NCBI GenBank assembly: GCA_965223325.1
Contig: CBDCWI010000002.1
Span: forward strand, 3,328,001 to 3,392,000
Reading direction: 5' to 3'
DNA length: 64,000 bases
Origin: Candidatus Multivoradales bacterium
GTDB taxonomy: Bacteria > Acidobacteriota > Thermoanaerobaculia > Multivoradales > Multivoraceae
The position numbers were made by a program, and so were the translations under genes. The stretch's first letter is position 1, and each line of letters begins with the position of its first letter. Shown here piece after piece: positions 49,380-59,016 of this stretch. The notes below the pieces were generated by a model. That model made no database searches. It was not told where the DNA came from and saw only the letters and a list, made by a program, of their open reading frames with translations.

Positions 49380-50156
49380 ATGCGACTTTACTGCCCCCTA
49401 TTACGCCGCGTTTTGCTCGTAGGCTGGTTAGCTACGGCCTCCATGGGCGCAGCGCAAGTGAAAGACGAGGCGGCGCCTCGTTTTTCCGCCGCGATCGCCG
49501 ACCTGGCTGTCGGAGGAGAAGAAGCAACCCTCCTGGTTCTCACGGAGGCCAACGGTGACAAGAGTTTCGCGTACTCAGGGCTGCTCTCCTACCTCGGATC
49601 CCATTTCCGATTCTCGTCCTCACAGGAGAACGCTCGAGCCGAGTTTCGGTGGTCTCTCGAGGATCAGGAGCGCGGATGGTGGGCACGCTGCGAGTACGAT
49701 TACAACGTCGAGATCTCGACAAACTTTGGGTCGCTGAAACGAGCAGTCGCCGAAAGGAAGCCTGTGCAGGAGCTGTCGTTTCTTACAAGTGACGGATTCT
49801 CATTCGTGGATCAGGGCCGATTCGATCGACCATACGTTCTCGAGGAGCATCTCTACGATGCACTGGAAGAAGCTGACTACTCTCAGGATCTCCCGGCCAC
49901 AACACTGCGTGCGGTATCGGTCCTGTCGGCAATGCCGATCCTGGTTGAGGCGGGTGTTTCTTTCGGGGGCGTTTCGATCCTGTGTGACCCTGATTGCGAG
50001 CCCCTTCGAGTGACCTTGAAGGGGGAACGAGCGGTTGACTCGAGAGAGGCCCTGGAAGAGTTCAAAGACCTGGCTGAGGAATTCTCGCTGGTCCTCGATC
50101 AGTCCAGCTACTCCAAATTGGTCAGTTCACTCCGGCGTTCCATTGCGAACGAGTAG
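49380..50156 (+). CDS. Hypothetical secreted protein with atypical codon usage
   Basis: 258-aa ORF with signal peptide; more A/T-ending codons than the core genes (by eye). Confidence 0.65.
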   Translation: MRLYCPLLRRVLLVGWLATASMGAAQVKDEAAPRFSAAIADLAVGGEEATLLVLTEANGDKSFAYSGLLSYLGSHFRFSSSQENARAEFRWSLEDQERGWWARCEYDYNVEISTNFGSLKRAVAERKPVQELSFLTSDGFSFVDQGRFDRPYVLEEHLYDALEEADYSQDLPATTLRAVSVLSAMPILVEAGVSFGGVSILCDPDCEPLRVTLKGERAVDSREALEEFKDLAEEFSLVLDQSSYSKLVSSLRRSIANE

Positions 50157-50259
50157 ACGGTCTGCCCTCCCAGACGACTCGTGTTGCTCGCAGGGTCAAC
50201 GCAGCAAGAAGTCTCGAAATCGCGTCGACCAGCGCCGAGATTGCAAGTGTGCTTAACGG

Positions 50260-50328
50260 GTGATTCTCCGCGAAAGCCACCTGAGCCACCTCGCAGGCTT
50301 GCTTGACGACCACCCTGTTGTTGCGTTG
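50260..50328 (+). pseudogene. N-terminal remnant of an AAA-DUF4143 ATPase gene
   Basis: MILRESHLSHLAGLLDDHPVVAL resembles the family start and breaks off just before the expected GxRQxGK; imperfect IR upstream. Confidence 0.5.
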
Positions 50329-50720
50329 CCGATCGCCCCGAGGATCAGGGCGAGGATCGCCGCAATGGCCAGAATGATGCCCGTTCGAAGCACATTCGAC
50401 ACTGACCAGCCCTCCGCCAAGCCGCTCCGTCGACTCGCCAAACTGATCGGACCGAACCCTCTCGGGCTCTTCCACGTTCTCGACACAGCGATCGACGTTC
50501 TTCGGGAGCGCACCCTCGACGAGAAGTAGAACGACTGGAGTGTGCAAGCGCATCAGCGGGCTGGTCGCCGCCGAGCCAGGGGCCGCACCCCAGGTGCGAG
50601 AGCGCGAGGGTGAGACTCTTGGCGCAGTTCGAAGATCCAAGCGCCGGGGCCAGCAACAAGGTGGCCTAGGCAGGACTGCAGGACTCGTCGTCACCCTGCT
50701 CGAGTGAAGCTATCGGAGCT

Positions 50721-52079
50721 TCATCCCCGCAGGTTCGAACCTGTCGCAAGAGCTGGCGCGGCATAGAGCGGAAGCGAGAACAAACGGTAGTCCAGCGAGC
50801 CGTCGGGCATCTTCACCGAGAGGTCTTCGACACCGACCGCGCCCTGGTGCAATCGAACACCTCTGCGAGAGCCCGATCGCCAGAGGAACTGATGCAGAGA
50901 CTTGAGTGAGCCAGCCGCCGACGCCTTGACTTCGATCGGCAAAGCCTCATCGCCCTGAGCGATCACGAAGTCGACCTCGGCATTGGACCGCGACGACTCG
51001 GACACCCAGAAGTAGAGATCTTGGGCGTCATCGAGATTCGTAAGCAGTTCCTGAGCAACGAACATCTCGGCGACCCGACCGCCGAGCGCTGTATCGATCG
51101 CCGACTCCCGAAGCCGACGGACATCGAAGCCCATCGAGGTAAGAGCCAGCCCGACATCGAGGGGGATGAGCTTCCGCGCTGATCGAAGACGCGCCTGGAA
51201 AGGAACCGTGAGAGAGCTAGTCGGCAACGCCTCGGTCACGAGATGTGCGCCCGACATCTTCTCGAGCGCAGCCTGCATGGGGCGCGACTTGTAGCCAGGA
51301 GCAAAGCTCGCGTATTTGTAGCGGCGCCCATAGTGCTGCGGAAGACTCTCAAAAGCCGCCCTGAGGGCTTCTTGATCGCGGACGTCCCTGTACTTCTGTA
51401 GGTCCTCCGAAAGCGCCTGAAGAAGATCCACGTGAACCTGTCGTGCAACGCTCGGTTCGCCGGTTCTCACCCACTGAGAGGCCGCCTCGGGCATTCCACC
51501 GACCTGAAGGTATTCGCGCAGCAGGTCTAAGGCCTGGTCATCGAGGGCCTTTGGGACCGACGCATCCGCCAGGGCCGTCTCGAGGGTTGTTGCCAGGACC
51601 TCTCTGCCCGAGGCACGCAACAACTCGAAGAACCCGAGAGGGCGGAGCGTCCGGAAGGTGACCCGCCCCACAGGGAAGGAGAAGCCTCGCTCTTCGAGCC
51701 GAACTTCGAGCAACGAACCTGCTGCCACCACGGCGAGATCCGGGTGGTCTTCGTAGAAGAACCGAAGCCAGCGGATGGCCTCAACGCTTTCTTGAATCTC
51801 GTCAATGAAGAGCAGGGTTCTGGGAGGAAACGCAGCAACGTTGTGACGCGCACGAAGCGCGGTGAGTAGATCCTCCGGAGATCGGCTTCCGCGGAGAAGC
51901 GCTGCATCGGCATAGCGCTCCAGATTGAGCTCGACGAAGACCTCGAAGTCGGAGCCAAGGTGCCGAATCGCTTCCGTTTTGCCCGTTTGGCGTGCGCCCC
52001 GGAGAATGAGCGGCTTGCGTCCGCTCGACTGCGCCCACTCCCGAAGCACGGGATCGATCGCACGTGAGAGGTAATCCAT
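50721..52079 (-). CDS. AAA_14 + DUF4143 ATP-binding protein with C-terminal PD-(D/E)xK-like region
   Basis: GARQTGKT, FIDEIQ, AAGSL, FPVGRV, GGMPE, EVDFVI...PIEVK. Confidence 0.9.
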   Translation of the reverse strand: MDYLSRAIDPVLREWAQSSGRKPLILRGARQTGKTEAIRHLGSDFEVFVELNLERYADAALLRGSRSPEDLLTALRARHNVAAFPPRTLLFIDEIQESVEAIRWLRFFYEDHPDLAVVAAGSLLEVRLEERGFSFPVGRVTFRTLRPLGFFELLRASGREVLATTLETALADASVPKALDDQALDLLREYLQVGGMPEAASQWVRTGEPSVARQVHVDLLQALSEDLQKYRDVRDQEALRAAFESLPQHYGRRYKYASFAPGYKSRPMQAALEKMSGAHLVTEALPTSSLTVPFQARLRSARKLIPLDVGLALTSMGFDVRRLRESAIDTALGGRVAEMFVAQELLTNLDDAQDLYFWVSESSRSNAEVDFVIAQGDEALPIEVKASAAGSLKSLHQFLWRSGSRRGVRLHQGAVGVEDLSVKMPDGSLDYRLFSLPLYAAPALATGSNLRG

Positions 52080-52091
52080 GCCTCGACCCTA

Positions 52092-52147
52092 ACACAAACA
52101 ACCCTGTGTTTATGCGCTATGCAGCAAAAACACCCGGGTGTTTATGC
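52092..52147. promoter_or_regulatory. Tandem palindromic operator pair upstream of the DUF4143 gene
   Basis: Perfect palindrome AAACACCCGGGTGTTT at 52128-52143; degenerate copy AAACAACCCTGTGTTT at 52096-52111; both followed by ATGC. Confidence 0.7.
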
Positions 52148-52168
52148 ACAGCAGCTAGGCTGATGGCC

Positions 52169-52342
52169 ATGCTTTGCAGGACTCTGATCCGGCCCCAGCG
52201 GATCGTCCTGTTACTCGCCACGACGGTTATCGGGTGCCAACCGAGCGAGCACCCGAAAACATCTGCCCATTCCGAAGAGGACCCTTCGCTGCAACTGGAG
52301 CGATCCATCGGCCTGCTACGCGGGTGTACATTGCCTCTATGA
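52169..52342 (+). pseudogene. Probable truncated lipoprotein gene (or small lipoprotein)
   Basis: TAGGCT 7 nt before ATG; RIVLLLATTVIGC lipobox; ORF ends after 57 aa, overlapping the thiolase start. Confidence 0.35.
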
Positions 52343-53535
52343 GAAGGGTTGCCATCGTGTCCCCGCTGCGCACCGCCGTCGGCCGCTTCCTCGGTGCCTT
52401 GAGCGCCATTCCTGCCGCAGATCTCGCCGCCGAGGTCATCAAAGCAGTAATCAAGAAGTCCGGCATCGACCCCCAGAAGATCGACGACGTCATCCTCGGG
52501 CACGGCTACGCCAACGGCGAGGAACCGGCCATCGGGCGCCTTTCTGCCCTCAAAGCCGGGTTGCCGATCGAGGTACCGGGCTACGAGCTCGACCGCCGCT
52601 GTGCATCCGGTCTGCAGTCGATTCTCAATGCCTCGATGATGGTGCAAACCGGAAACGCCGACGTCGTGCTCGCCGGCGGGGTCGAAAGCATGAGCCGGGT
52701 GGAGTTCTACACCACCGATATGCGCGGTGGCAGCCGCTTCGGCTCCGTCACCATGCATGATCGCCTCACCAGAGCCCGCGCGACGGTGCAACCCGAAGAA
52801 CGGTTTGGCCACATCTCCGGCATGGTCGAAACCGCAGAGAACCTCGCCGAGCAGTACGGCCTCTCGCGCGAGGCAGCGGACGCCTATGCGCTCGACAGCC
52901 ACCAGCGTGCCGTCGCCGCCACCGCAAGCGGTCGCTTCAAGGACGAGATCGTTCCCATCCAGGTGCCGCAGCAGAAGGGCGACCCCATCGAATTCGACAC
53001 CGACGAGGGCCCTCGCGCAGATACCTCGCTCGAGAAGCTCGCGCGCCTTCGGCCGGTCTCCGAAGGCGGCACTGTTACTGCCGGCAACGCCAGTTCACAA
53101 AACGACGCCGCCGCCATGTGCCTGGTGGTCGGAGAGGACAAGCTCGCTGAGCTCGGCCTGGAACCGATGGCCTTTCTCAAAGGCTGGGCGGTTGCGGGGG
53201 TGCACCCAGCGACGATGGGCATCGGCCCGGTCCCCGCCGTCTCGAAACTACTCGAGCGAACCGGCGTCAAGTTCGACGATCTCGACCTGATCGAGGTCAA
53301 CGAAGCGTTTGCGGTTCAGGTGCTGGCGGTGATGAAGGAATGGAGGCTCTCCGACACCGAGCGCCTCAACGTCAACGGCTCGGGCATCTCACTCGGTCAC
53401 CCCATCGCGGCCACCGGAACCCGCATCCTGACGACGCTCTTGTATGAGATGAAACGCCGTGACGCACGCTATGGCCTCGAAACCATGTGCGTCGGCGGCG
53501 GCCAGGGCGTCGCGGCGCTATTCGAGAACGCGTGA
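52339..53535 (+). CDS. Acetyl-CoA C-acyltransferase (thiolase)
   Basis: RRCASG, TAGNAS, NEAFA, GHPIAATG, CVGGGQG. Confidence 0.95.
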   Translation: MRRVAIVSPLRTAVGRFLGALSAIPAADLAAEVIKAVIKKSGIDPQKIDDVILGHGYANGEEPAIGRLSALKAGLPIEVPGYELDRRCASGLQSILNASMMVQTGNADVVLAGGVESMSRVEFYTTDMRGGSRFGSVTMHDRLTRARATVQPEERFGHISGMVETAENLAEQYGLSREAADAYALDSHQRAVAATASGRFKDEIVPIQVPQQKGDPIEFDTDEGPRADTSLEKLARLRPVSEGGTVTAGNASSQNDAAAMCLVVGEDKLAELGLEPMAFLKGWAVAGVHPATMGIGPVPAVSKLLERTGVKFDDLDLIEVNEAFAVQVLAVMKEWRLSDTERLNVNGSGISLGHPIAATGTRILTTLLYEMKRRDARYGLETMCVGGGQGVAALFENA

Positions 53536-53542
53536 GACTGCA

Positions 53543-53962
53543 ATGAGGTTGGTCCTGGCGTCGATTCTCTCCTGGCTGGTGATGGCTGCTCTCGCCATGG
53601 CGCTGTTCGGCTGGCTCCTGGCCGACGCGTTCGATCCACTGCGGGCACTCTTCCGACCGCTCGAGGAGCAGGCTGAGACCGCCGGCTACGCGCAGAGCGC
53701 TCAGTTCCTGCGGGTCTTCTTCTTTGTCGCCATCATTCGGCTGTGGCACGGACCCCGCGCCATCTCGGTCGGTCAGGGTGCACTCTACGGGCTCCTCATG
53801 GGCCTCTTCGCTGGCACTTTCCATGTCGCCAACTCTGCCTCGCTGCCGCTACCCGCCTCGACCGCCGTGGCCTGGGTCGCCTTCGACATCGTGCTTCTGG
53901 TGGCCGGTGGCATCGTCTTTGCGCTTTCCTACCGGCCGCAGACAAAGGCCGTGACTCAGTAG
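53543..53962 (+). CDS. 4-TM hypothetical membrane protein
   Basis: Four hydrophobic segments; GALYGLLMG. Confidence 0.7.
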   Translation: MRLVLASILSWLVMAALAMALFGWLLADAFDPLRALFRPLEEQAETAGYAQSAQFLRVFFFVAIIRLWHGPRAISVGQGALYGLLMGLFAGTFHVANSASLPLPASTAVAWVAFDIVLLVAGGIVFALSYRPQTKAVTQ

Positions 53963-55125
53963 GACTTCGGCATCCCGAGGACCTTCTCGGCGATGTTGCA
54001 GAGGATGAGCTGTGGGCTCACCGGAGCGAGCCTGGCAATCATCACCTCGCGCAGGAGCCGCTCGACGTGGTACTCCTTGGCGTAGCCCATGCCGCCATGG
54101 GTACCCACCGCACGCACGCAGGCGTTCCAGCCCGCCTCGGCACCGAGATACTTCGCCGCGTTGGCCCACGGGCCGCACGGCTCCCCGCGGTCGTAGAGAT
54201 CGGCCGCCTTCATCGCCATCAAGGATGCTGCTTCGAGCTCCATCCAGCTTTCGGCGAGCGGGTGCTGAATCGCCTGATTCTGGCCAATCGGCCGCCCAAA
54301 GACCGAGCGTTCGCGGGCATAGGCCGCCGCCCGCTCGAGCGCGTTGCGACCCAGACCCACCGCCTCCATGGCAATCAGAATGCGCTCGGGATTCAAGGAG
54401 TGCAGGATGTACTCGAACCCACGACCCTCATCGCCAATGCGGTCGGCTTCGGGTACTGGCAGGCCTTCGATGAACACCTCGTTGGAGTCGACGCCGGCCC
54501 TCCCCATCTTGGGGATGCGGCGAACATCGCAGTAGTTGCGATCGAGGTCGGTATAGAAGAGAGAAAGGCCGTGGGTTTTCTTTGTGACCTCATCGAACGG
54601 GGTCGTGCGCACGAGCAGCATGATCTTGTCGGCTTCCTGCGCAGTCGTCGTCCAGATCTTCTTCCCCCAAACGCGATAGCTGCCGTCGGCCTGGCGCTCG
54701 GCGCGGGTCTGGATGCGGGTCGTCTCGAGCCCGGCGTCGGGTTCGGTAACCCCGAAGCAGGTCTTCTCTCGACCTTCGATCAGCGGGGGGAGAAAACGTT
54801 GGCGCTGCTCCTCGGTGCCGAAGACGGCGATCGGATGCGGGCCAAAGATGTTGATGTGGATCGCAGAGGCCGCAGTCTGCCCACCGCCCGCAGCCGCGAC
54901 CTCGTGCATGACCAGCGCAGCTTCGGTCACTCCCAATCCCGTGCCACCGTACTTCTCCGGCATGGCAATCCCGAGCACGCCGTTCTCGGCCATCGCGCGA
55001 TAGAACTCTTCGGGGAAACGCGCGTTCTGATCAACGTCGTACCAGTAGTCGTCGTCGAAGGCACGGCAGGCACTTCGCGTGTTGTCACACAGAGCCTGCT
55101 GCTCGGCTGTGATGCGAGTATCCAA
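53956..55125 (-). CDS. Acyl-CoA dehydrogenase
   Basis: GAGGAG RBS + TTG; PEKYGG, TEPDAG, GKKIWT, FGRPIGQNQAIQH, HGGMGY..EY. Confidence 0.95.
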   Translation of the reverse strand: MDTRITAEQQALCDNTRSACRAFDDDYWYDVDQNARFPEEFYRAMAENGVLGIAMPEKYGGTGLGVTEAALVMHEVAAAGGGQTAASAIHINIFGPHPIAVFGTEEQRQRFLPPLIEGREKTCFGVTEPDAGLETTRIQTRAERQADGSYRVWGKKIWTTTAQEADKIMLLVRTTPFDEVTKKTHGLSLFYTDLDRNYCDVRRIPKMGRAGVDSNEVFIEGLPVPEADRIGDEGRGFEYILHSLNPERILIAMEAVGLGRNALERAAAYARERSVFGRPIGQNQAIQHPLAESWMELEAASLMAMKAADLYDRGEPCGPWANAAKYLGAEAGWNACVRAVGTHGGMGYAKEYHVERLLREVMIARLAPVSPQLILCNIAEKVLGMPKSY

Positions 55126-55190
55126 TGTGCTCCTCAGTCGTCGCGAAGCATCATATGGCCACCGCGGAAGGACCCGGCACTCACCCCACT

Positions 55191-55781
55191 TCAGTTGACC
55201 AGGTAGGCATACATGTCGATCTCAGCGCTGTGGTCGGTCGAGTTCCATGCGTAGACGCGGTAGCGCGGGAAGCCGAGGGCCGCCTCGACCTGCGGTGCAA
55301 TAAAGTGTACCGACGCCGATTCGGCGATCTGCGCCCTCGCCTCGATCACGAAGAAGCGGAGGCCTTCTTCGAGAAAGGCTCTCACCAGGTCGTCCTCGTC
55401 AGGGATCAGCAGGAGGCCTACGGTGCCCGGATTGACCGTCTGGTCGCCGAGCCGACCGTGAACACTGAGCACGACGCGGGTGAAGCCGCCCGAGTCGAGG
55501 TTGCCGAGATAGACGTGATCCCCTGGGCTTGCCTCCCGACCAGGGGACACGACCGTTCGCTCTCTCTTGACGAGCGCACTGTGAGGAGCGGGCGCCGTGA
55601 TTTCTACGCCGCCCTCGACGGCTTGCACCGACGGAAGGTTGACCACCTCGACGCGTTCGATCTCCTGGGCCTGGAGGCTCCAGGAAGGGCACACGAGCAG
55701 CCCGAGCAGCAACAGCCACCTTGCGACCGACACTGCCCCAGTTTTGCGCACCTTTTGCGATTTCGACTGACCTTGACTCAT
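55191..55781 (-). CDS. Hypothetical secreted protein
   Basis: GGAGG RBS before ATG 55781; signal peptide ending LQA; VEVVNLP motif. Confidence 0.7.
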   Translation of the reverse strand: MSQGQSKSQKVRKTGAVSVARWLLLLGLLVCPSWSLQAQEIERVEVVNLPSVQAVEGGVEITAPAPHSALVKRERTVVSPGREASPGDHVYLGNLDSGGFTRVVLSVHGRLGDQTVNPGTVGLLLIPDEDDLVRAFLEEGLRFFVIEARAQIAESASVHFIAPQVEAALGFPRYRVYAWNSTDHSAEIDMYAYLVN

Positions 55782-55857
55782 TTCGTAGACCTCCAGGTGG
55801 TCTACGTGGGCCGACCCACAAGCGCGGGGACCGACCTTTCTTCCTCGCCCTCCGCAC

Positions 55858-58572
55858 TCACTCGCTGCGCAGGACGGTGGCCGGGTCAATGCGAAGCGCC
55901 CGCCGCGCCGGAACAAGCGCTGCGAGGACGGCGATGACGAGCAGAATGCCGCCGTACTGAACGAACGTCAGGGCGTTGAGCTCGACGGTTCCGAACAGCA
56001 CCCGCGACATGACCTTTCCGACGGCGAACGCGAGGACCAACCCGAGGGCCAGACCCGCCAGGGTGACCCCGAGCGCGCGCCCCAGGGTAGCCAACAGCAC
56101 CGAACGCCTATCGGCACCGAGAGCAATTCGCACGCCGATCTCCCTGTTCCGTTGGCTGACCGTGTAGGACATGAGGCCGAAGAGCCCAATCGCCGCCAAG
56201 AGGAGCGCGACGCCACCGAACATGCCCATCAGGGTCGAGGCGTAGCGGAGGCCGATCAGTCGATCCCAGATGCGCTGCTGCTGTGTGAAGACGTCGAAGA
56301 TCGGTTGCTCGGGGTCGAGGCGTGCCAGCTCCTCGCGCACCAGCGGCGTGATCGCCACCGGGTCTCCAGCGGTTCTCACGGCGACGGCAAAGTCGCCCTG
56401 GGGTTGCTGTCGCAGGGGGCGATAGAAGGCCGCATCGCCGGTCGTCGGGAACCAGTCGTGCTCCATCTCGTCCACAACTCCCACAACCTCGATCCAGGGC
56501 AAAGACGCCTCCTCGCCGCCCTCTGCACGGGGCGGCCGGGCGCGCCGGAGCCGCTTGCCAAGCGCAGACCCCTCACCAAAGTGGCGAGTGGCGGTGTTCT
56601 TGCTGATGATGGCGACCGGCACGGAGTCTTCGCGGTCGGCAGTGGTGAACATGCGACCGTCGAGAAGCGGAACGCCCATGGTCTCGAAGAAGCCCTGGGT
56701 CACAACTCGGTACTGGAGGAGAGGTACCTCCGAAATCGGCCGCGCCTCATCGCCTTCGATCAACACGCGTCGCGTGCTTTCGTTACCAGCCGACGGCAGG
56801 ACGTTGGCGATGTCGGCCGAGCGCACCCCTGGCAGGCTCGTGAGCGAAGCAACCAGGTTCTCGGCGAATCGGATGCGCTCCTCCTCACCCGGGTAGCGGT
56901 CTTCTCGCAGGCTGACACTGAAGGTCAAAAGGCCGTCCGGGTCGTAGCCACGATCTTCTGCCAGCATGCGCGCGGTACCACGTATCGAAAGTCCCGCCGC
57001 CACCAGGAGCGTTAGTGCGACCGCGACCTCGAGCATCACCAGCATGCTCCGGCTGCGTTGACGGGCGACGCCATCTGTCCCGCGACTGCCGGAGCCCGCC
57101 AGCCGACCAACCGCCTCTCTGCGCGTCGCGCGCCAGGCAGGCAACAGCCCGAAGGCGAGGGTCGATACCACCGCCGCGACAGAGGTCGCGACCAGCACCC
57201 GTTCGTCAACGTTGATCTGCTCCCAACCAATCACAAACCGCCTGATGTGTGCCGGCATCGCATCACGAAGAACTTCGAGCAGCACCGCCGCCAGGCCCAG
57301 ACCGAGTGCCGCCCCGGCGGCAGCCACCAGGGCGCTCTCGACCAGCAGCTGGCTGGCGATGCGCCGTCGACTGGCACCGAGTGCAGTCCGCAGGGCCAGC
57401 TCACGCTGCCGATCGTGACCACGCGCAACCGTCAACGCCCCGACGTTGATGCACGCCAGCAGCAGAACCAAAAGCACCGCGCTCTGCCAGAGAGTCAAAA
57501 ACGGTCTCGCGCCGATATCGGCGACGCCCTCGGCAAGGGAGACGGCGCGCGCCCCGCGACCCTCGTTGGTGTCCGGATACTCACGCTCGAGGCGGGCGCC
57601 AATGGCGGCCAACTCCTGATTGGCCTCGTCGACCGTGGCCCCCTCAGCGAGCAGACCAAAGCCGTTCAGGTAGTGCCGCGAGCGGTCGGAAGCAGCCTCT
57701 GCATCAAAGAAGAGCGGTGCCCAGACCTCCGAACCATAGGGAAAGCTGAACTCCGGCGGCGCAATGCCAACCACGACGTAGTCGCGGCCGTTGAGCCGCA
57801 AAGCCTTTCCGACCAGCTCGGCATCACCAGAGAAGCGCCGCTGCCAGAGAGCGTGACTGACGACCACTGTCTGTGCCTCCGCAGAAGCGGCATCAGCACC
57901 GAGGGTGCGACCGTGAGCAGTCTTTACCCCGAGGGTCTCGAAGAAGGTGGGCGTGACCTGAGTTCCCTGCAGCCGCTCAGGAGTCCCGTCGCCGCTGAGG
58001 TTCGCGTCCCACCACAGGTAGGCGTCGAGAGACTCGAGAGCCGAGGCCTTCGCCAGATCGAGGAAGTTCGCCGGCGCGATCGAGGCGCGTAGTGTGCCGC
58101 TCGCCGGAACGGTTTCGAACGGCACGATGAGGCGTTCGGCATTCGGCACCGGGAAGGGGCGCAAGACCAGTGCGTCGACCAACGAAAAGACCGCAGCGTT
58201 GGCACCGATCGCCACCGCGATGGTCGGCACGACGACCGCCGTGAAGGTTGGCACCCTGCGAAGTGAGCGGAGGGCAAAGCGAAGATCACCCAAAAGGTTG
58301 GACACGATGGAATCTCCTTGTGGTGCAGGCGGCCTCTGGTGAGCCAGCGGGTCAAACAAGCGATGGAGCAAGAGTCGCGGCATGAGAGCGAGCGCCGCCA
58401 AGGAGTAGTGAAGAGCGCCAAACCCCGCTCGCCGGGCAGAGCGACGACTGAACTCTTCGGCCAGGTCACCGAGAATCGCCTCGCGTCGCGGGCCTGGCGG
58501 TAGGCAGCGCGCTAGAACCCACTCGGGCACCAGCGGGGGCCGGGGCACTCGACCGCGACGTTCGGATCTCAC
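55858..58572 (-). CDS. ADOP-type duplicated MacB/FtsX ABC permease
   Basis: PP...EAILGDLAEE prefix; DLRFALRSL; IGANAAVFS; REIGVRIALGA; DPATVLRSE end. Confidence 0.92.
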   Translation of the reverse strand: MRSERRGRVPRPPLVPEWVLARCLPPGPRREAILGDLAEEFSRRSARRAGFGALHYSLAALALMPRLLLHRLFDPLAHQRPPAPQGDSIVSNLLGDLRFALRSLRRVPTFTAVVVPTIAVAIGANAAVFSLVDALVLRPFPVPNAERLIVPFETVPASGTLRASIAPANFLDLAKASALESLDAYLWWDANLSGDGTPERLQGTQVTPTFFETLGVKTAHGRTLGADAASAEAQTVVVSHALWQRRFSGDAELVGKALRLNGRDYVVVGIAPPEFSFPYGSEVWAPLFFDAEAASDRSRHYLNGFGLLAEGATVDEANQELAAIGARLEREYPDTNEGRGARAVSLAEGVADIGARPFLTLWQSAVLLVLLLACINVGALTVARGHDRQRELALRTALGASRRRIASQLLVESALVAAAGAALGLGLAAVLLEVLRDAMPAHIRRFVIGWEQINVDERVLVATSVAAVVSTLAFGLLPAWRATRREAVGRLAGSGSRGTDGVARQRSRSMLVMLEVAVALTLLVAAGLSIRGTARMLAEDRGYDPDGLLTFSVSLREDRYPGEEERIRFAENLVASLTSLPGVRSADIANVLPSAGNESTRRVLIEGDEARPISEVPLLQYRVVTQGFFETMGVPLLDGRMFTTADREDSVPVAIISKNTATRHFGEGSALGKRLRRARPPRAEGGEEASLPWIEVVGVVDEMEHDWFPTTGDAAFYRPLRQQPQGDFAVAVRTAGDPVAITPLVREELARLDPEQPIFDVFTQQQRIWDRLIGLRYASTLMGMFGGVALLLAAIGLFGLMSYTVSQRNREIGVRIALGADRRSVLLATLGRALGVTLAGLALGLVLAFAVGKVMSRVLFGTVELNALTFVQYGGILLVIAVLAALVPARRALRIDPATVLRSE

Positions 58573-58916
58573 CCTGCGTCTCCCACCGCACCCTCACCGA
58601 GCACCCCTTCGAGACCCCCCCAGAGGCTCTCGAGCAGTTCGCGCGACGTTCGCAGCGCCGCGATCCCCGGGACCGTCACCTCGTAGTAGCGGCGGGCTCG
58701 ACCGCCGCGCTCGCTTATCGGCTCTCCCATGCGCGAGCGCACGAAGTGCCTCGCCTCGAGGCGATCGAGGGCGGTGTAGACCGCGCCACGCGAAACTGGT
58801 CGGCCGAGGTGCTCCTCGAGAAGCCCGCGCACCGGAACGGCGTAGGCGAGGGATCCCTGTTGGAGGATGGCAAGAAGGACGGCCTGTTCGAAGCCGCCCA
58901 ACAATCGCTTGTTCAT
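58569..58916 (-). CDS. PadR-family regulator
   Basis: LGGFEQAVLLA, GAVYTALDRLE, RGGRARRYY; AGGAG RBS; GTGA overlap with the permease. Confidence 0.92.
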   Translation of the reverse strand: MNKRLLGGFEQAVLLAILQQGSLAYAVPVRGLLEEHLGRPVSRGAVYTALDRLEARHFVRSRMGEPISERGGRARRYYEVTVPGIAALRTSRELLESLWGGLEGVLGEGAVGDAG

Positions 58917-59016
58917 CTGCTTTCTCCTAGAGATAGTACGCAGTGTAGGCAAAATAGTTTCAGCGACTCCTAGCCACCGGCCGACGGTTCCTCTGGCGAG
59001 CCGTCAGCAGCGAGGA

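Noticed and set aside
50251-50330. GCTTAAC as a possible integron attC inverse core
   Set aside because: No matching GTTRRRY core with attC-like symmetry, and no integrase.
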